A stretch of DNA of 47,224 nt. Origin: an uncultured Erysipelotrichaceae bacterium (GTDB lineage: Bacteria > Bacillota_I > Bacilli_A > RFN20 > CAG-826). Position numbers and translations under genes: made by a program. Numbering within the stretch: the first letter of the stretch is position 1; the number at the start of each line of letters is the position of its first letter. The DNA lies in assembly GCA_947303755.1 (NCBI GenBank), contig CAMYZF010000002.1:1-47224 (forward strand), in the 5' to 3' direction. This document shows, in pieces, positions 15,563 through 24,114 of this stretch. The notes beneath the pieces are model-generated. The model worked only from the letters and a program-made list of their open reading frames with translations, did no database searches and was not told the origin of the DNA.

Positions 15563-16711
15563 ATGGATCAACAATTATTTGCTCATTTTATAAATAGATT
15601 CAAACTTAAACCAGAATATGAGGTTAAATCTTCTGGTCGTTTTGAGGTGATTGGAAATCATACAGACCATAATGGTGGGCTTTGCGTTGCCGCTAGTTGT
15701 GATTTGATCATCCATGGCTATTTAACACAATCAAATGACAACCGTATTCTTCTAGTTTCAAAAGGGTATCAAGACGTTGAAATCTGTTTAAGTGATTTAG
15801 AAGCAAAAAAAGAGGAATTAGGAACATCTATTGGTCTTGTTAAAGGCGTTGCTTATTATCTAAATAAACAAGGCTATAAAATCGGTGGATTTGATTTATG
15901 CACAACCTCGACGATATTTAAAGGCGCTGGTGTATCCTCATCGGCTGCTTTTGAATCGATGATTGCCCAAATATTTAATCAACTCTTTAATGGCGGAAAA
16001 ATTGATAAATTAACCTTAGCGAAAGCAGGTCAATTCGCCGAGAATAATTATTTTGGTAAAAAAAGTGGTCTTTTAGACCAATGCGCTATTTCTTATGGAA
16101 ATATTTCCTTCATGGATTTTTCAAAAGAAATCAAAGTTAAGACCTTAGATTTTCCATTTGATGATATGCAATTTGTTATCGTTAATACCGGTGGAAGCCA
16201 CGCTGATTTAAGTGACCTATATTCTTCGATTCCAGTTGGTATGAAAAATGCCGCTAAAAAATTAGGAAAAGAGACGCTGAGCGAACTTAGTTTTGACCAA
16301 TTAAACAAAAATAAAGACAAATTAAGCGAAAAAGAATATAAACTTGCCAAACATTTCTTTAGTGAAAACGAAAGAGTTTTAACTTTGGTTAAAGCGTTAG
16401 AGAATAAGGATAAGAAATCCTTCTTAAAAGCAATTAAAGAATCATTTGTTTCTTCTAGAGATAATTTGGCAAATATGAAAGTAAATAAATACGAAGGTTC
16501 TCCTTTAGAAGCTTGCGATTTAGCTTATAAATTTGTTGGTGATAGCGGTGCCGCTAAAATCAATGGTGGCGGATTCGCTGGATCAATTATCGTTTGTTTG
16601 CCAAGAAGTATGAGCGAAGATTTTGTTGATTTTATGGCAAAAAAATATGGAAGAGGAAATATTTCTTCGGTTAATATCAATCCTCTCTCTCCAGAAGTTA
16701 TTAAATTATGA
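15563..16711 (+). CDS. Galactokinase-family GHMP sugar kinase
   Basis: SSGRFEVIGNHTDHNGG (galactokinase signature region) and GAGVSSSAAFE (GHMP ATP motif). Sugar specificity cannot be called from sequence alone. Confidence 0.8.
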   Translation: MDQQLFAHFINRFKLKPEYEVKSSGRFEVIGNHTDHNGGLCVAASCDLIIHGYLTQSNDNRILLVSKGYQDVEICLSDLEAKKEELGTSIGLVKGVAYYLNKQGYKIGGFDLCTTSTIFKGAGVSSSAAFESMIAQIFNQLFNGGKIDKLTLAKAGQFAENNYFGKKSGLLDQCAISYGNISFMDFSKEIKVKTLDFPFDDMQFVIVNTGGSHADLSDLYSSIPVGMKNAAKKLGKETLSELSFDQLNKNKDKLSEKEYKLAKHFFSENERVLTLVKALENKDKKSFLKAIKESFVSSRDNLANMKVNKYEGSPLEACDLAYKFVGDSGAAKINGGGFAGSIIVCLPRSMSEDFVDFMAKKYGRGNISSVNINPLSPEVIKL

Positions 16712-16762
16712 TTTATATTTACAACATAAGTTGTACAATATAGATACAAAGGAGTAAGGAAT

Positions 16763-16816
16763 ATGAAAATCATTCATCTTACCTTAACCTTATGTAACGA
16801 GATAAAAGTCTCGTAA
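16763..16816 (+). CDS. Candidate 17-aa mini-ORF (MKIIHLTLTLCNEIKVS)
   Basis: SD AAAGGAG lies 8 nt upstream of the ATG, and a dedicated terminator follows. No other support. Confidence 0.25.
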   Translation: MKIIHLTLTLCNEIKVS

Positions 16817-16827
16817 ATATAAAGAAA

Positions 16828-16856
16828 GTTGCTATTATTAGCGACTTTTTCTTTTA
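16828..16856 (+). terminator. Intrinsic terminator after the mini-ORF
   Basis: GTTGCT / AGCGAC stem (one G-U pair) with ATTATT loop, followed by TTTTTCTTTT. Confidence 0.65.
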
Positions 16857-16862
16857 TTGGGG

Positions 16863-16868
16863 TATAAT
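16863..16868 (+). promoter_or_regulatory. -10 box TATAAT 6 nt upstream of ATG 16875 (leaderless candidate)
   Basis: TATAAT-CACTAT-ATG with no SD. Confidence 0.5.
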
Positions 16869-16874
16869 CACTAT

Positions 16875-17405
16875 ATGGCTCAAGTCGATCGATCAAAATC
16901 ACGATGGTGGGAATTGTTCCGCTTCTTAGTATGTGGAGTTGCAGCAGCGTTAAGTGACTATTTAACCGCTCAGCTTATTGTTTTAGCGATGGGAAGCATC
17001 AATTTTATTGTCGTCACAATTGTTTCTACGGCAGTTGGCTTTATTGTGGGAGTAATTGTTAATTATCTTATTTCTACTTATTGGGTCTATCAAAATGTCG
17101 ATAAATCGGTAAACACTAAATCTAAAAGATTTATTATCATGTTTGTCGTTCTTTCTTTTATCGCCATGGCCTTATCGATTGGCACCATGCTTCTTTGCGA
17201 TTTAGTAGTTACAAAAGGTATGGGCATGGCTAGCATTGTTGATACCTCGATTATCTCGCTAATTAAAGACCATGGAATTGGCTTTTTAGGACAAGCAATT
17301 TTTTGGACTTATTTTGTTAGTTTTGTTTTAAAAACACTAGTTGGCCTAGTGTGGAATTATTTCACTCGAAAATACTTTTTGTATAAAGAGCCAAAAGCTA
17401 ATTAA
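16875..17405 (+). CDS. GtrA-family membrane protein
   Basis: About 4 TM helices, conserved N-terminal RFLVCGVAAALSDY and C-terminal WNYFTRKYFLY, typical of GtrA-like proteins. ATG 16875 is preferred over TTG 16857. Confidence 0.75.
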   Translation: MAQVDRSKSRWWELFRFLVCGVAAALSDYLTAQLIVLAMGSINFIVVTIVSTAVGFIVGVIVNYLISTYWVYQNVDKSVNTKSKRFIIMFVVLSFIAMALSIGTMLLCDLVVTKGMGMASIVDTSIISLIKDHGIGFLGQAIFWTYFVSFVLKTLVGLVWNYFTRKYFLYKEPKAN

Positions 17406-18328
17406 AAGCTCTTTATATAATCTTCAATTTCAGGGAATTTTGTGTAGTCAAATTTCCCTTTTGTTTTCAATTCTTTAAGGACTTTTTTGTGCATTTTTAA
17501 AGCCTTAAATCCTCCATATCCGAGGACTTTTCTAGAGATATGTCCGTCGTACCAAAGTGATAGTTTCATTCTAAAGATATTTTTCAAAAATCCCTGCAAA
17601 TATCTATTATCTTCTTGATTATCGATTAAATATCTAATGTAGCAAAAAGCTTGCAAATGATTGATAAAACGGTTTGGGTTTACCCGTTTTGTTTGACTTG
17701 AAGAGTGACTACGATAAACATATAACGCTTTAGAGACAGATTTCACTTTTTTAGCCTTCATAAAAGCATAATAAACGGCGAGAGCATCTTCGAATAAAAC
17801 GCCTTGTTTTTTTACGATTGGAATATGTTCATCGTAAAGGTCTCTTTTGATAATTTTTGTGCATTGAAAACTTCTGATGTATGTATCTTTTAAAAGAGCC
17901 TTGCAAGCGGTTGAAGATTCCATTTCTTTATTTTTCGTAAATGCGTTCTTGGAAATTTTACCTTCTTTGTCGGTTTTGAAAGAACAGTTAACAATATCAA
18001 AGCCTTTTTCGGCTTCTTCAAACATGATTTTTAAGAAATCTTTGTCTACATAATCATCGGAGTCTAAAAAGCAAAGATATTTTCCTTTAGCTTTATTTAC
18101 TGCGATCATTCTAGTTTGTTGAACAGTTTTACTTTCTTTGTTCTCTAAAACTACAAGAGGATAGTTTTTCGCATATTCTTTAGCGATTTCTAAAGTCTTA
18201 TCTGTACTTGGATTAATGTTAATTATTACTTCGTAATCACCTTTAAAAGATTGGTTAAAAACACTATCTAGACATTCGCGTAGATATTTTTCACCATTTT
18301 TAACAGGAATAATTACCGATATATCCAT
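17402..18328 (-). CDS. Family 2 glycosyltransferase
   Basis: ISVIIPVKNGEKYLRECLDSVFNQS and the FLDSDDY (DxD) motif. Confidence 0.9.
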   Translation of the reverse strand: MDISVIIPVKNGEKYLRECLDSVFNQSFKGDYEVIININPSTDKTLEIAKEYAKNYPLVVLENKESKTVQQTRMIAVNKAKGKYLCFLDSDDYVDKDFLKIMFEEAEKGFDIVNCSFKTDKEGKISKNAFTKNKEMESSTACKALLKDTYIRSFQCTKIIKRDLYDEHIPIVKKQGVLFEDALAVYYAFMKAKKVKSVSKALYVYRSHSSSQTKRVNPNRFINHLQAFCYIRYLIDNQEDNRYLQGFLKNIFRMKLSLWYDGHISRKVLGYGGFKALKMHKKVLKELKTKGKFDYTKFPEIEDYIKSF

Positions 18329-18329
18329 A

Positions 18330-18962
18330 TTAGTCTAATAATATTCTACCTAATCTAACGTGAGTTGCACCTTCTTCAATCGCTTCGAGATAATCATCGC
18401 TCATTCCCATCGATAAATATGGAAGGGAAATATTGAGTTTCTTTTCCATATCTTCTTTGAGAAGTCTGAGCTTTTTAAATTGCTCCTTAAGAGATTCGTC
18501 TTCAGAGTTTTTAAACGCCATCATCATTAGACCAACAACTTGAACTTTTTTATATTTCAAAACTCCTTTTAAAAAGTTTTCAAGTTCATAATAGGGCACT
18601 CCATTTTTATTTTCTTCTAAATTGATAGAGACTTCGATGAAGGTTTTAAGTGGAGTTTGTCTCTCTTTGTCGATTATTTGAGCGAGCTCCAATGAATCAA
18701 GCGAATGAAGATAATCAATTTTATTGATTACTTTTTTTGCTTTGTTTCGTTGAAGGTGTCCAATGAAATGCCAAATGACATTTTCATTTTTAAGATCTTC
18801 ATATTTGATTAAGAAGTCACTAACTCTATTTTCTCCAAAGTTATTTACGCCTGCTTTTAAAAAATCCAGCATCTGTTTGCTATCAAGATATTTTGTAGCA
18901 GCAACTAAAGTTACATTCTTTGGAAGAGTGTTAACAAAATCCTTAATGTCTTTACGAACCAT
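18330..18962 (-). CDS. yggS: YggS/YlmE-family pyridoxal-phosphate homeostasis protein
   Basis: LVAATKY, HFIGHLQRNKAKK and LSMGMSDDYLEAIEEGATHVRLG are family signatures. Confidence 0.9.
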   Translation of the reverse strand: MVRKDIKDFVNTLPKNVTLVAATKYLDSKQMLDFLKAGVNNFGENRVSDFLIKYEDLKNENVIWHFIGHLQRNKAKKVINKIDYLHSLDSLELAQIIDKERQTPLKTFIEVSINLEENKNGVPYYELENFLKGVLKYKKVQVVGLMMMAFKNSEDESLKEQFKKLRLLKEDMEKKLNISLPYLSMGMSDDYLEAIEEGATHVRLGRILLD

Positions 18963-18968
18963 GCTTAT

Positions 18969-18974
18969 ATTCTA
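18969..18974 (-). promoter_or_regulatory. -10 box TAGAAT 6 nt upstream of ATG 18962 (leaderless candidate)
   Basis: The minus strand reads TAGAAT-ATAAGC-ATG with no SD. Confidence 0.45.
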
Positions 18975-18981
18975 ATGTTTG

Positions 18982-18999
18982 CATTTCATAATTGAAATG
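18982..18999. promoter_or_regulatory. 18-bp dyad CATTTCA-TAAT-TGAAATG in the divergent yggS/flavodoxin control region
   Basis: Perfect 7-bp arms. The dyad overlaps the -35 positions implied by both flanking -10 boxes (18974->18969 on the minus strand, 19008-19013 on the plus strand). Confidence 0.35.
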
Positions 19000-19039
19000 A
19001 TTTATTGTATAATTTTTAATTATTAAAGGAGGAACAAAT

Positions 19040-19546
19040 ATGTCTATTCTCATAGCTTATTTTTCTAAAGATGGTGGTAACTCTGTTGATGGTGTCACCA
19101 AGAATCTTGAAAAAGGAAATACCGAAATCGTTGCGGAAAAAATCGCTAAGCTCACTGGAGGAGAACTTTATCCTCTTATTCCAGTTGAGCCATATTCTAG
19201 TAACTACTTAGTTACAAGTGCTCGCGCTAAGAAAGAAGCCGATGAAGGAGCGTTCCCAGCGATTGCAAATCTTAAAAAATCTCTTGATGAATACGATGTC
19301 ATCTATTTAGGATTCCCAAACTGGTATAGAAGTTATCCTCGTATCATTGCGACTTTCTTAAAATCATATGATTTTACAGGTAAAGTTATTAAACCATTCT
19401 GCACTAATGAAGAAGGCGCATTTGGTATTGGTGAACTTGAATTAAGAGCAACCTTAAAAACCGCTCAATTAAAGGAAGGATTCGCTGTTAAAGGAAGCGA
19501 AGCAGATCAGTGCGATTTAGAACTATCTGCTTGGGTGAATAAATAA
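19040..19546 (+). CDS. Flavodoxin-like protein
   Basis: MSILIAYFSKDGGNS N-terminal FMN-loop-like start, 168 aa. Its stop overlaps the flavodiiron gene start (TAATG). Confidence 0.7.
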   Translation: MSILIAYFSKDGGNSVDGVTKNLEKGNTEIVAEKIAKLTGGELYPLIPVEPYSSNYLVTSARAKKEADEGAFPAIANLKKSLDEYDVIYLGFPNWYRSYPRIIATFLKSYDFTGKVIKPFCTNEEGAFGIGELELRATLKTAQLKEGFAVKGSEADQCDLELSAWVNK

Positions 19547-20841
19547 TGAGAAAGATTGCTGAAAACTTTTACTATGTTGGTGTCAGCGACACTAAGTTAG
19601 ATTTATTTGAAGGCCAATATGAAGTTCCAAACGGAATGGCCTATAACTCCTATATTATTGATGATGAAAAGATTGCTGTCTTTGACAGTGTCGATAAAGT
19701 TTGTTTTGATGAATGGATCAAAAATATTAAAGAAGTATTAGGTGATAAGAAGCCTGATTATCTAATCATTCATCATATGGAACCAGATCATTCTGCGAAT
19801 ATCATGAAATTTTTGGAAGTCTATCCAAATGTAACTTTGGTTTCCTCGTTTTTAGCATTTAAGATGCTTGATCAATTCTTCCATAAACCAGTCGCAAACA
19901 AAGTGGTGGTCAATGAAGGCGATAAATTATCCCTTGGTAAACATGAATTAACATTCTTGACCGCTCCAATGGTTCACTGGCCAGAAGTTATCGTTTCATA
20001 CGAAAAAGAAACCAAAACTTTATTCTCTGCTGATGGCTTTGGCAAATTTGGCGCATTTGACTTTAAAGAAGACTGGGCTTGCGAAGCAAGAAGATACTAT
20101 TTTGGTATCGTTGGTAAGTTTGGTGTTCAAGTCCAAGCCTTACTTAAAAAAGCAGCCGGTTTGGATATTCAAAGAATTTGTCCATTACACGGCCCAATTC
20201 TTGATAAGGATTTAGGTTATTATCTTAACCTTTATGATATCTGGTCTAAATATGAACCAGAAGCTGAAGGCGTCGCTATTTTCTATACCTCCGTTTACGG
20301 ACACACCAAAGAAGCCGTTGATGAATTAGAAAAAGAACTCAAAGCTCAAGGTGCGAAGAAAGTTGTTAGATTCGACCTCGCTAGAGATAGTGAGTCCGAA
20401 GCCGTCGAAGACGCATTTAAATATGGAAAGATTGTTTTTGCAACCACAACTTACAGCATGTCGATCTTTCCGTTTATGAATAATTTCCTTAATCATTTAA
20501 TCGAACATAATTATCAAAATAGAGATGTCGCGATCATTGAGAATGGTAGTTGGGCACCTAATGTTGAGAAAGTAATTAAGGAAAAATTTAAAGATTCCAA
20601 AGACATTCGCTTCGTTAGTCCAACAGTGAAAATCCTCTCTTCTTTAAGCGATGAAAACCGTAAACAAATTAAAGAAGTCGCATCTGCATTACTCGGAAAA
20701 AGTGAGCAAATAGAAGAGGTTGAAACTGGTAAATGGGCTTGCAAAATTTGTGGCTATGTTTATGAAGGAAATGAACTACCAAAAGACTTCAAATGTCCAA
20801 TTTGTAAGCATCCAGCAAGCGATTTTTCGAAAATTGAATAA
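19546..20841 (+). CDS. Flavodiiron protein (metallo-beta-lactamase-like plus flavodoxin domains) fused to a C-terminal rubredoxin
   Basis: HHMEPDH di-iron motif and a flavodoxin-like middle domain. The C-terminal WACKICGYVYEG...FKCPICKHP gives two CxxC rubredoxin knuckles. Confidence 0.9.
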   Translation: MRKIAENFYYVGVSDTKLDLFEGQYEVPNGMAYNSYIIDDEKIAVFDSVDKVCFDEWIKNIKEVLGDKKPDYLIIHHMEPDHSANIMKFLEVYPNVTLVSSFLAFKMLDQFFHKPVANKVVVNEGDKLSLGKHELTFLTAPMVHWPEVIVSYEKETKTLFSADGFGKFGAFDFKEDWACEARRYYFGIVGKFGVQVQALLKKAAGLDIQRICPLHGPILDKDLGYYLNLYDIWSKYEPEAEGVAIFYTSVYGHTKEAVDELEKELKAQGAKKVVRFDLARDSESEAVEDAFKYGKIVFATTTYSMSIFPFMNNFLNHLIEHNYQNRDVAIIENGSWAPNVEKVIKEKFKDSKDIRFVSPTVKILSSLSDENRKQIKEVASALLGKSEQIEEVETGKWACKICGYVYEGNELPKDFKCPICKHPASDFSKIE

Positions 20842-21002
20842 CCTTGTTGTTCTCAAATTATTTTTAAAATAAAAGTGAAAATATTTGAGTTTTGCAGGGA
20901 TTTTAGAAAGGCAAATTATCTTTTTGTAAAAAAGGGAGAAAAAAAGTTTGCTTTTTCTTATATAAGAATTTATTATTTGTATCAGGAAAGGAGTTAGTTT
21001 AA

Positions 21003-21461
21003 ATGAAAGCATTATACGTTTTCCACAGAATTTTCCATTATTTGAAGGTCTGGGATTTCATCGCCGCTCTTGGTGTTTTAGCATTTGCTCTCTTTAGTTT
21101 TGCTGCTTCAGGCGCAGCTGCATATGCAGAAGACTTTGCAGATGTTCTTGCTGCAAACGAACAAACAGCTGAAGAATACTTTGCAGCAATGTTCTCACAA
21201 CTTAACTTATTTGCTTTAGTTGCACTTGCTTTAGTTGCTCTTGGTGTCTTCCACTTTGCGTTTGCTCACATCTTCAAGATGGCTTACAAAAACGCACGCA
21301 AACACGCATGTGAATGCGAATGCTGTGAAAAAGCACCAGCCTCTGACCTCGATGCTCAAGTCGAAGAAGTCATGAGATGGAAAAACCTTTATGTCGAAGG
21401 TATCATTACCGAACGCGAGTTCATTGACAAACGTAATGAAATCTTACGCATTGCTAAATAA
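21003..21461 (+). CDS. Membrane protein with Cys-rich CECECC motif and C-terminal SHOCT-like domain
   Basis: Two hydrophobic helices, then KHACECECCEK, then VMRWKNLYVEGIITEREFIDKRNEIL (SHOCT pattern). SD AAAGGAG. Confidence 0.7.
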   Translation: MKALYVFHRIFHYLKVWDFIAALGVLAFALFSFAASGAAAYAEDFADVLAANEQTAEEYFAAMFSQLNLFALVALALVALGVFHFAFAHIFKMAYKNARKHACECECCEKAPASDLDAQVEEVMRWKNLYVEGIITEREFIDKRNEILRIAK

Positions 21462-21482
21462 GGTTCAGTTTAACTAACTAAG

Positions 21483-21512
21483 AAGTCCTTTCTCGCGAGG
21501 GGACTTTTTATT
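21483..21512 (+). terminator. Terminator after the SHOCT-domain gene
   Basis: AGTCC...GGACT stem followed by TTTTTATTTT. Confidence 0.6.
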
Positions 21513-21522
21513 TTAAAAGAAA

Positions 21523-21556
21523 AGGAGTTGAATAGAATTCAAACAACTCCTTTTTT
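21523..21556. terminator. Bidirectional terminator (also serves clpB)
   Basis: AGGAGTTG / CAACTCCT stem flanked by an A-run on the 5' side and a T-run on the 3' side. Confidence 0.8.
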
Positions 21557-21558
21557 GT

Positions 21559-23673
21559 TTAGATAGCTTTGATAATTACTTTGCCATCATAATCGACAAG
21601 ATATTTATGTTTGGTATCAACTTTACCTTCTATAATCTCTTGAGCGATTATGGTTTCAACTTCATTAGAGATAAATCTCTTTAATGGTCTAGCTCCAAAT
21701 TCAAACGAGAATGAGGAATCAAGAATCCATTTTTTGAGCTTCTCCGAGAATTCGAATGAAAAGTAATTTTCTTTTAGACGATCATTTAAGATGTTAAGTA
21801 ACTTTGTGACAATCTTGAATTGGACTTCTTTTCCTAAAGGTTTGAAATATACTATTTCATCGATACGATTTAGGAATTCTGGTCTAAAGTGAGTACGGAG
21901 CAACTTCTCAACACTTTCTTGCTTGTTCTCAAGAAGAAGATCAGAACCTAGGTTAGAGGTCATGATGATAATCGTGTTCTTGAAGTCAACAACTCGACCT
22001 TGTGAATCGGTTAAGCGACCATCATCAAGGATTTGAAGGAGAAGATTAAATACTTCTGGATGTGCTTTTTCGATTTCATCGAATAAGACGATGGAGTAGG
22101 GGTTTCTTCTCACTTTTTCAGTTAATTGACCGCCTTCTTCATAACCAACATATCCTGGTGGCGCGCCAATGAGTCGAGATGTGGAGTATTTCTCCATATA
22201 TTCAGACATATCGATTCTGACCATGTGCGATTCAGAATCAAATAATGATTCTGCTAGCGCCCTTGCAACTTCGGTTTTACCAACACCAGTTGGGCCTAAG
22301 AAGAGAAAACTACCAATCGGTTTGTTTTGATCTTTAATACCTGCTCTTTGACGAATGATGGCATCCGAGACAAGCTTAATAGCTTCGTCTTGACCAATAA
22401 CCCTCTTTTCTAGAGTGTTTTTAAGATGTAAAACCTTTTCTTTTTCACCTTCCGCAATCTTATTTAATGGAATATTCGTGAGTTTTGAGACGATTTTTGC
22501 AATATCATTCTCAGTTACAACCTCACTTAAAATTCGGTCAACATTCTTATTTTGTTCAAGATTTGCTAGCTCTTTTTCAGCTTCAGGGATCTTTTTATAC
22601 TGCAGTTCACTAGCAACTTTGTAATTAGCTTCCACAAAAGCATTTGATAAGTCATTACGAAGTTTATCTAATTGAACTTTTAACTCTTTAGCGCGATTAA
22701 TATCGGTTTTTTCTTTCTCCCAACGCTCATTAAGAGAATTCTGTTCTTTTTTAGCTTCTTCGAGATTTTCTTTTACTTTTTCTAATCTTTTCTTAGAAGC
22801 ATCATCTTTTTCTTTCTCTAAAGCGACCTTTTCAATTTCAAGAAGTTTGATCTTACGATTGATTTCATCAAGTTCAGTAGGAGTGGATTCGATTTCCACG
22901 CGAATTGAGGCACAAGCTTCATCGATTAAATCGATAGCCTTGTCTGGAAGAAATCTAGATGTAATGTAACGGTTAGATAGGGTGACCGCTGCGACGATCG
23001 CGTTATCAGTGATTTTAACACCATGATGGGATTCGAACTTCTCTTTAAGACCTCTTAAGATACTTAAAGTATCTTCAACTGTTGGTTCGTTAACCATTAC
23101 AGGTTGGAATCTTCTTTCGAGCGCGCGATCCTTTTCAATATATTGTCTATATTCATTTAGCGTAGTGGCGCCGATACAATCGATTTCACCTCTAGCAAGC
23201 ATTGGTTTAAGCATATTTGAGGCGTCTAGTGCGCCATCGCTTCGACCTGCTCCAACGATAAGATGAATTTCATCGATGAAAAGAATAATCTTTCCTTCGG
23301 AATCTTTGATCTTATTTAAAACGGCTTTAAGTCTTTCTTCGAACTCTCCACGATATTTAGCACCTGCAACAAGCGCGCCCATATCGAGTTCGTAGATTGT
23401 TTTTCCTTTTAAGGAAGTAGGGACGTCATCTTGAACAATTCTTTGAGCTAAACCTTCAAGAATTGCGGTTTTACCAACGCCTGGCTCGCCAATTAAAATG
23501 ACATTGTTTTTATTTTTACGTGCAAGAATCTCGATAATCTTACGAATTTCGTTATCTCGACCAATGACTGGATCAATTTTTCCGTCTTTGGCTTGCTTGG
23601 TGATATCTCGGCCAAACTTTTCGAGGATGTTCTCATCGTTTTGATAATCTTGCATACCATCCATATTATCCAT
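21559..23673 (-). CDS. clpB: ClpB-type AAA+ disaggregase lacking the N-terminal Clp_N domain
   Basis: Two Walker A sites ([18 protein letters not shown]) and a long coiled-coil middle domain between the AAA modules. The protein starts only ~60 aa before the first Walker A. SD AAAGGAGG. Confidence 0.93.
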   Translation of the reverse strand: MDNMDGMQDYQNDENILEKFGRDITKQAKDGKIDPVIGRDNEIRKIIEILARKNKNNVILIGEPGVGKTAILEGLAQRIVQDDVPTSLKGKTIYELDMGALVAGAKYRGEFEERLKAVLNKIKDSEGKIILFIDEIHLIVGAGRSDGALDASNMLKPMLARGEIDCIGATTLNEYRQYIEKDRALERRFQPVMVNEPTVEDTLSILRGLKEKFESHHGVKITDNAIVAAVTLSNRYITSRFLPDKAIDLIDEACASIRVEIESTPTELDEINRKIKLLEIEKVALEKEKDDASKKRLEKVKENLEEAKKEQNSLNERWEKEKTDINRAKELKVQLDKLRNDLSNAFVEANYKVASELQYKKIPEAEKELANLEQNKNVDRILSEVVTENDIAKIVSKLTNIPLNKIAEGEKEKVLHLKNTLEKRVIGQDEAIKLVSDAIIRQRAGIKDQNKPIGSFLFLGPTGVGKTEVARALAESLFDSESHMVRIDMSEYMEKYSTSRLIGAPPGYVGYEEGGQLTEKVRRNPYSIVLFDEIEKAHPEVFNLLLQILDDGRLTDSQGRVVDFKNTIIIMTSNLGSDLLLENKQESVEKLLRTHFRPEFLNRIDEIVYFKPLGKEVQFKIVTKLLNILNDRLKENYFSFEFSEKLKKWILDSSFSFEFGARPLKRFISNEVETIIAQEIIEGKVDTKHKYLVDYDGKVIIKAI

Positions 23674-23690
23674 AATATATTACCTCCTTT

Positions 23691-23717
23691 TTGGCACTCT
23701 TACACTTTGAGTGCTAA
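23691..23717 (-). promoter_or_regulatory. CIRCE element (HrcA operator), promoter-proximal, covering the predicted clpB transcription start site (TSS)
   Basis: The minus strand reads TTAGCACTC-AAAGTGTAA-GAGTGCCAA, versus consensus TTAGCACTC-N9-GAGTGCTAA. Confidence 0.9.
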
Positions 23718-23721
23718 ATAT

Positions 23722-23749
23722 ATTATACAATCAAATTGGCACTCGTCAA
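23722..23749 (-). promoter_or_regulatory. clpB promoter TTGACG-16-TATAAT
   Basis: -35 TTGACG (23749->23744) lies inside the distal CIRCE. -10 TATAAT (23727->23722) lies between the two CIRCE copies. Confidence 0.7.
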
Positions 23750-23762
23750 TAGAGAGTGCTAA
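23736..23762 (-). promoter_or_regulatory. CIRCE element (HrcA operator), distal, overlapping the clpB -35
   Basis: The minus strand reads TTAGCACTC-TCTATTGAC-GAGTGCCAA. Confidence 0.9.
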
Positions 23763-23874
23763 AATATTTTGATTAATACAAAGTATTAAAAATTTGAGTA
23801 AGAAAACGAAAAAGACCAAGAAATTGACCTTGAATAAAATAATTTAATTAGTGCTATTAAGACAAAGTCTTGTT

Positions 23875-23883
23875 TGATATAAT
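23875..23883 (+). promoter_or_regulatory. Extended -10 promoter TGaTATAAT for the small-peptide transcript
   Basis: TG 23875-23876 and TATAAT 23878-23883. Confidence 0.5.
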
Positions 23884-23915
23884 TGTTTCAAGACAAAGCA
23901 AAGTCTATAAAACTC

Positions 23916-24114
23916 GGAACGGAATACCTCTGGGACTATACACATGTATAGAAAGGAGGTAAAGCCACAATGAGAGACAAGTCAAAAGACATCATTGATG
24001 CTCTTAAGATTGCTCTAATTTGTCTTCTTCTATGTTTAGCGGCGCTGCTGTTCAAATAAAAAAGAAGTCTCAGACTATGTTGCACAATTAGTTTAGTCCC
24101 AGAGGCTCCGTTCT
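23916..24114 (+). other. Long-range inverted repeat (5' arm 23916-23937, 3' arm 24095-24114) enclosing the peptide ORF
   Basis: GGAACGGA-ATA-CCTCTGGGACT versus AGTCCCAGAGG-C-TCCGTTCT: 11 bp plus 7-8 bp with a small internal loop. Confidence 0.8.
23970..24059 (+). CDS. 29-aa hydrophobic peptide (MRDKSKDIIDALKIALICLLLCLAALLFK), candidate type I toxin-like membrane peptide
   Basis: Strong SD GAAAGGAGG (23951-23959) 10 nt upstream of the ATG. Charged N-terminus plus one ~20-aa hydrophobic helix. The ORF is bracketed by pairing UTR arms. It is too short to appear in the ORF track. Confidence 0.5.
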   Translation: MRDKSKDIIDALKIALICLLLCLAALLFK

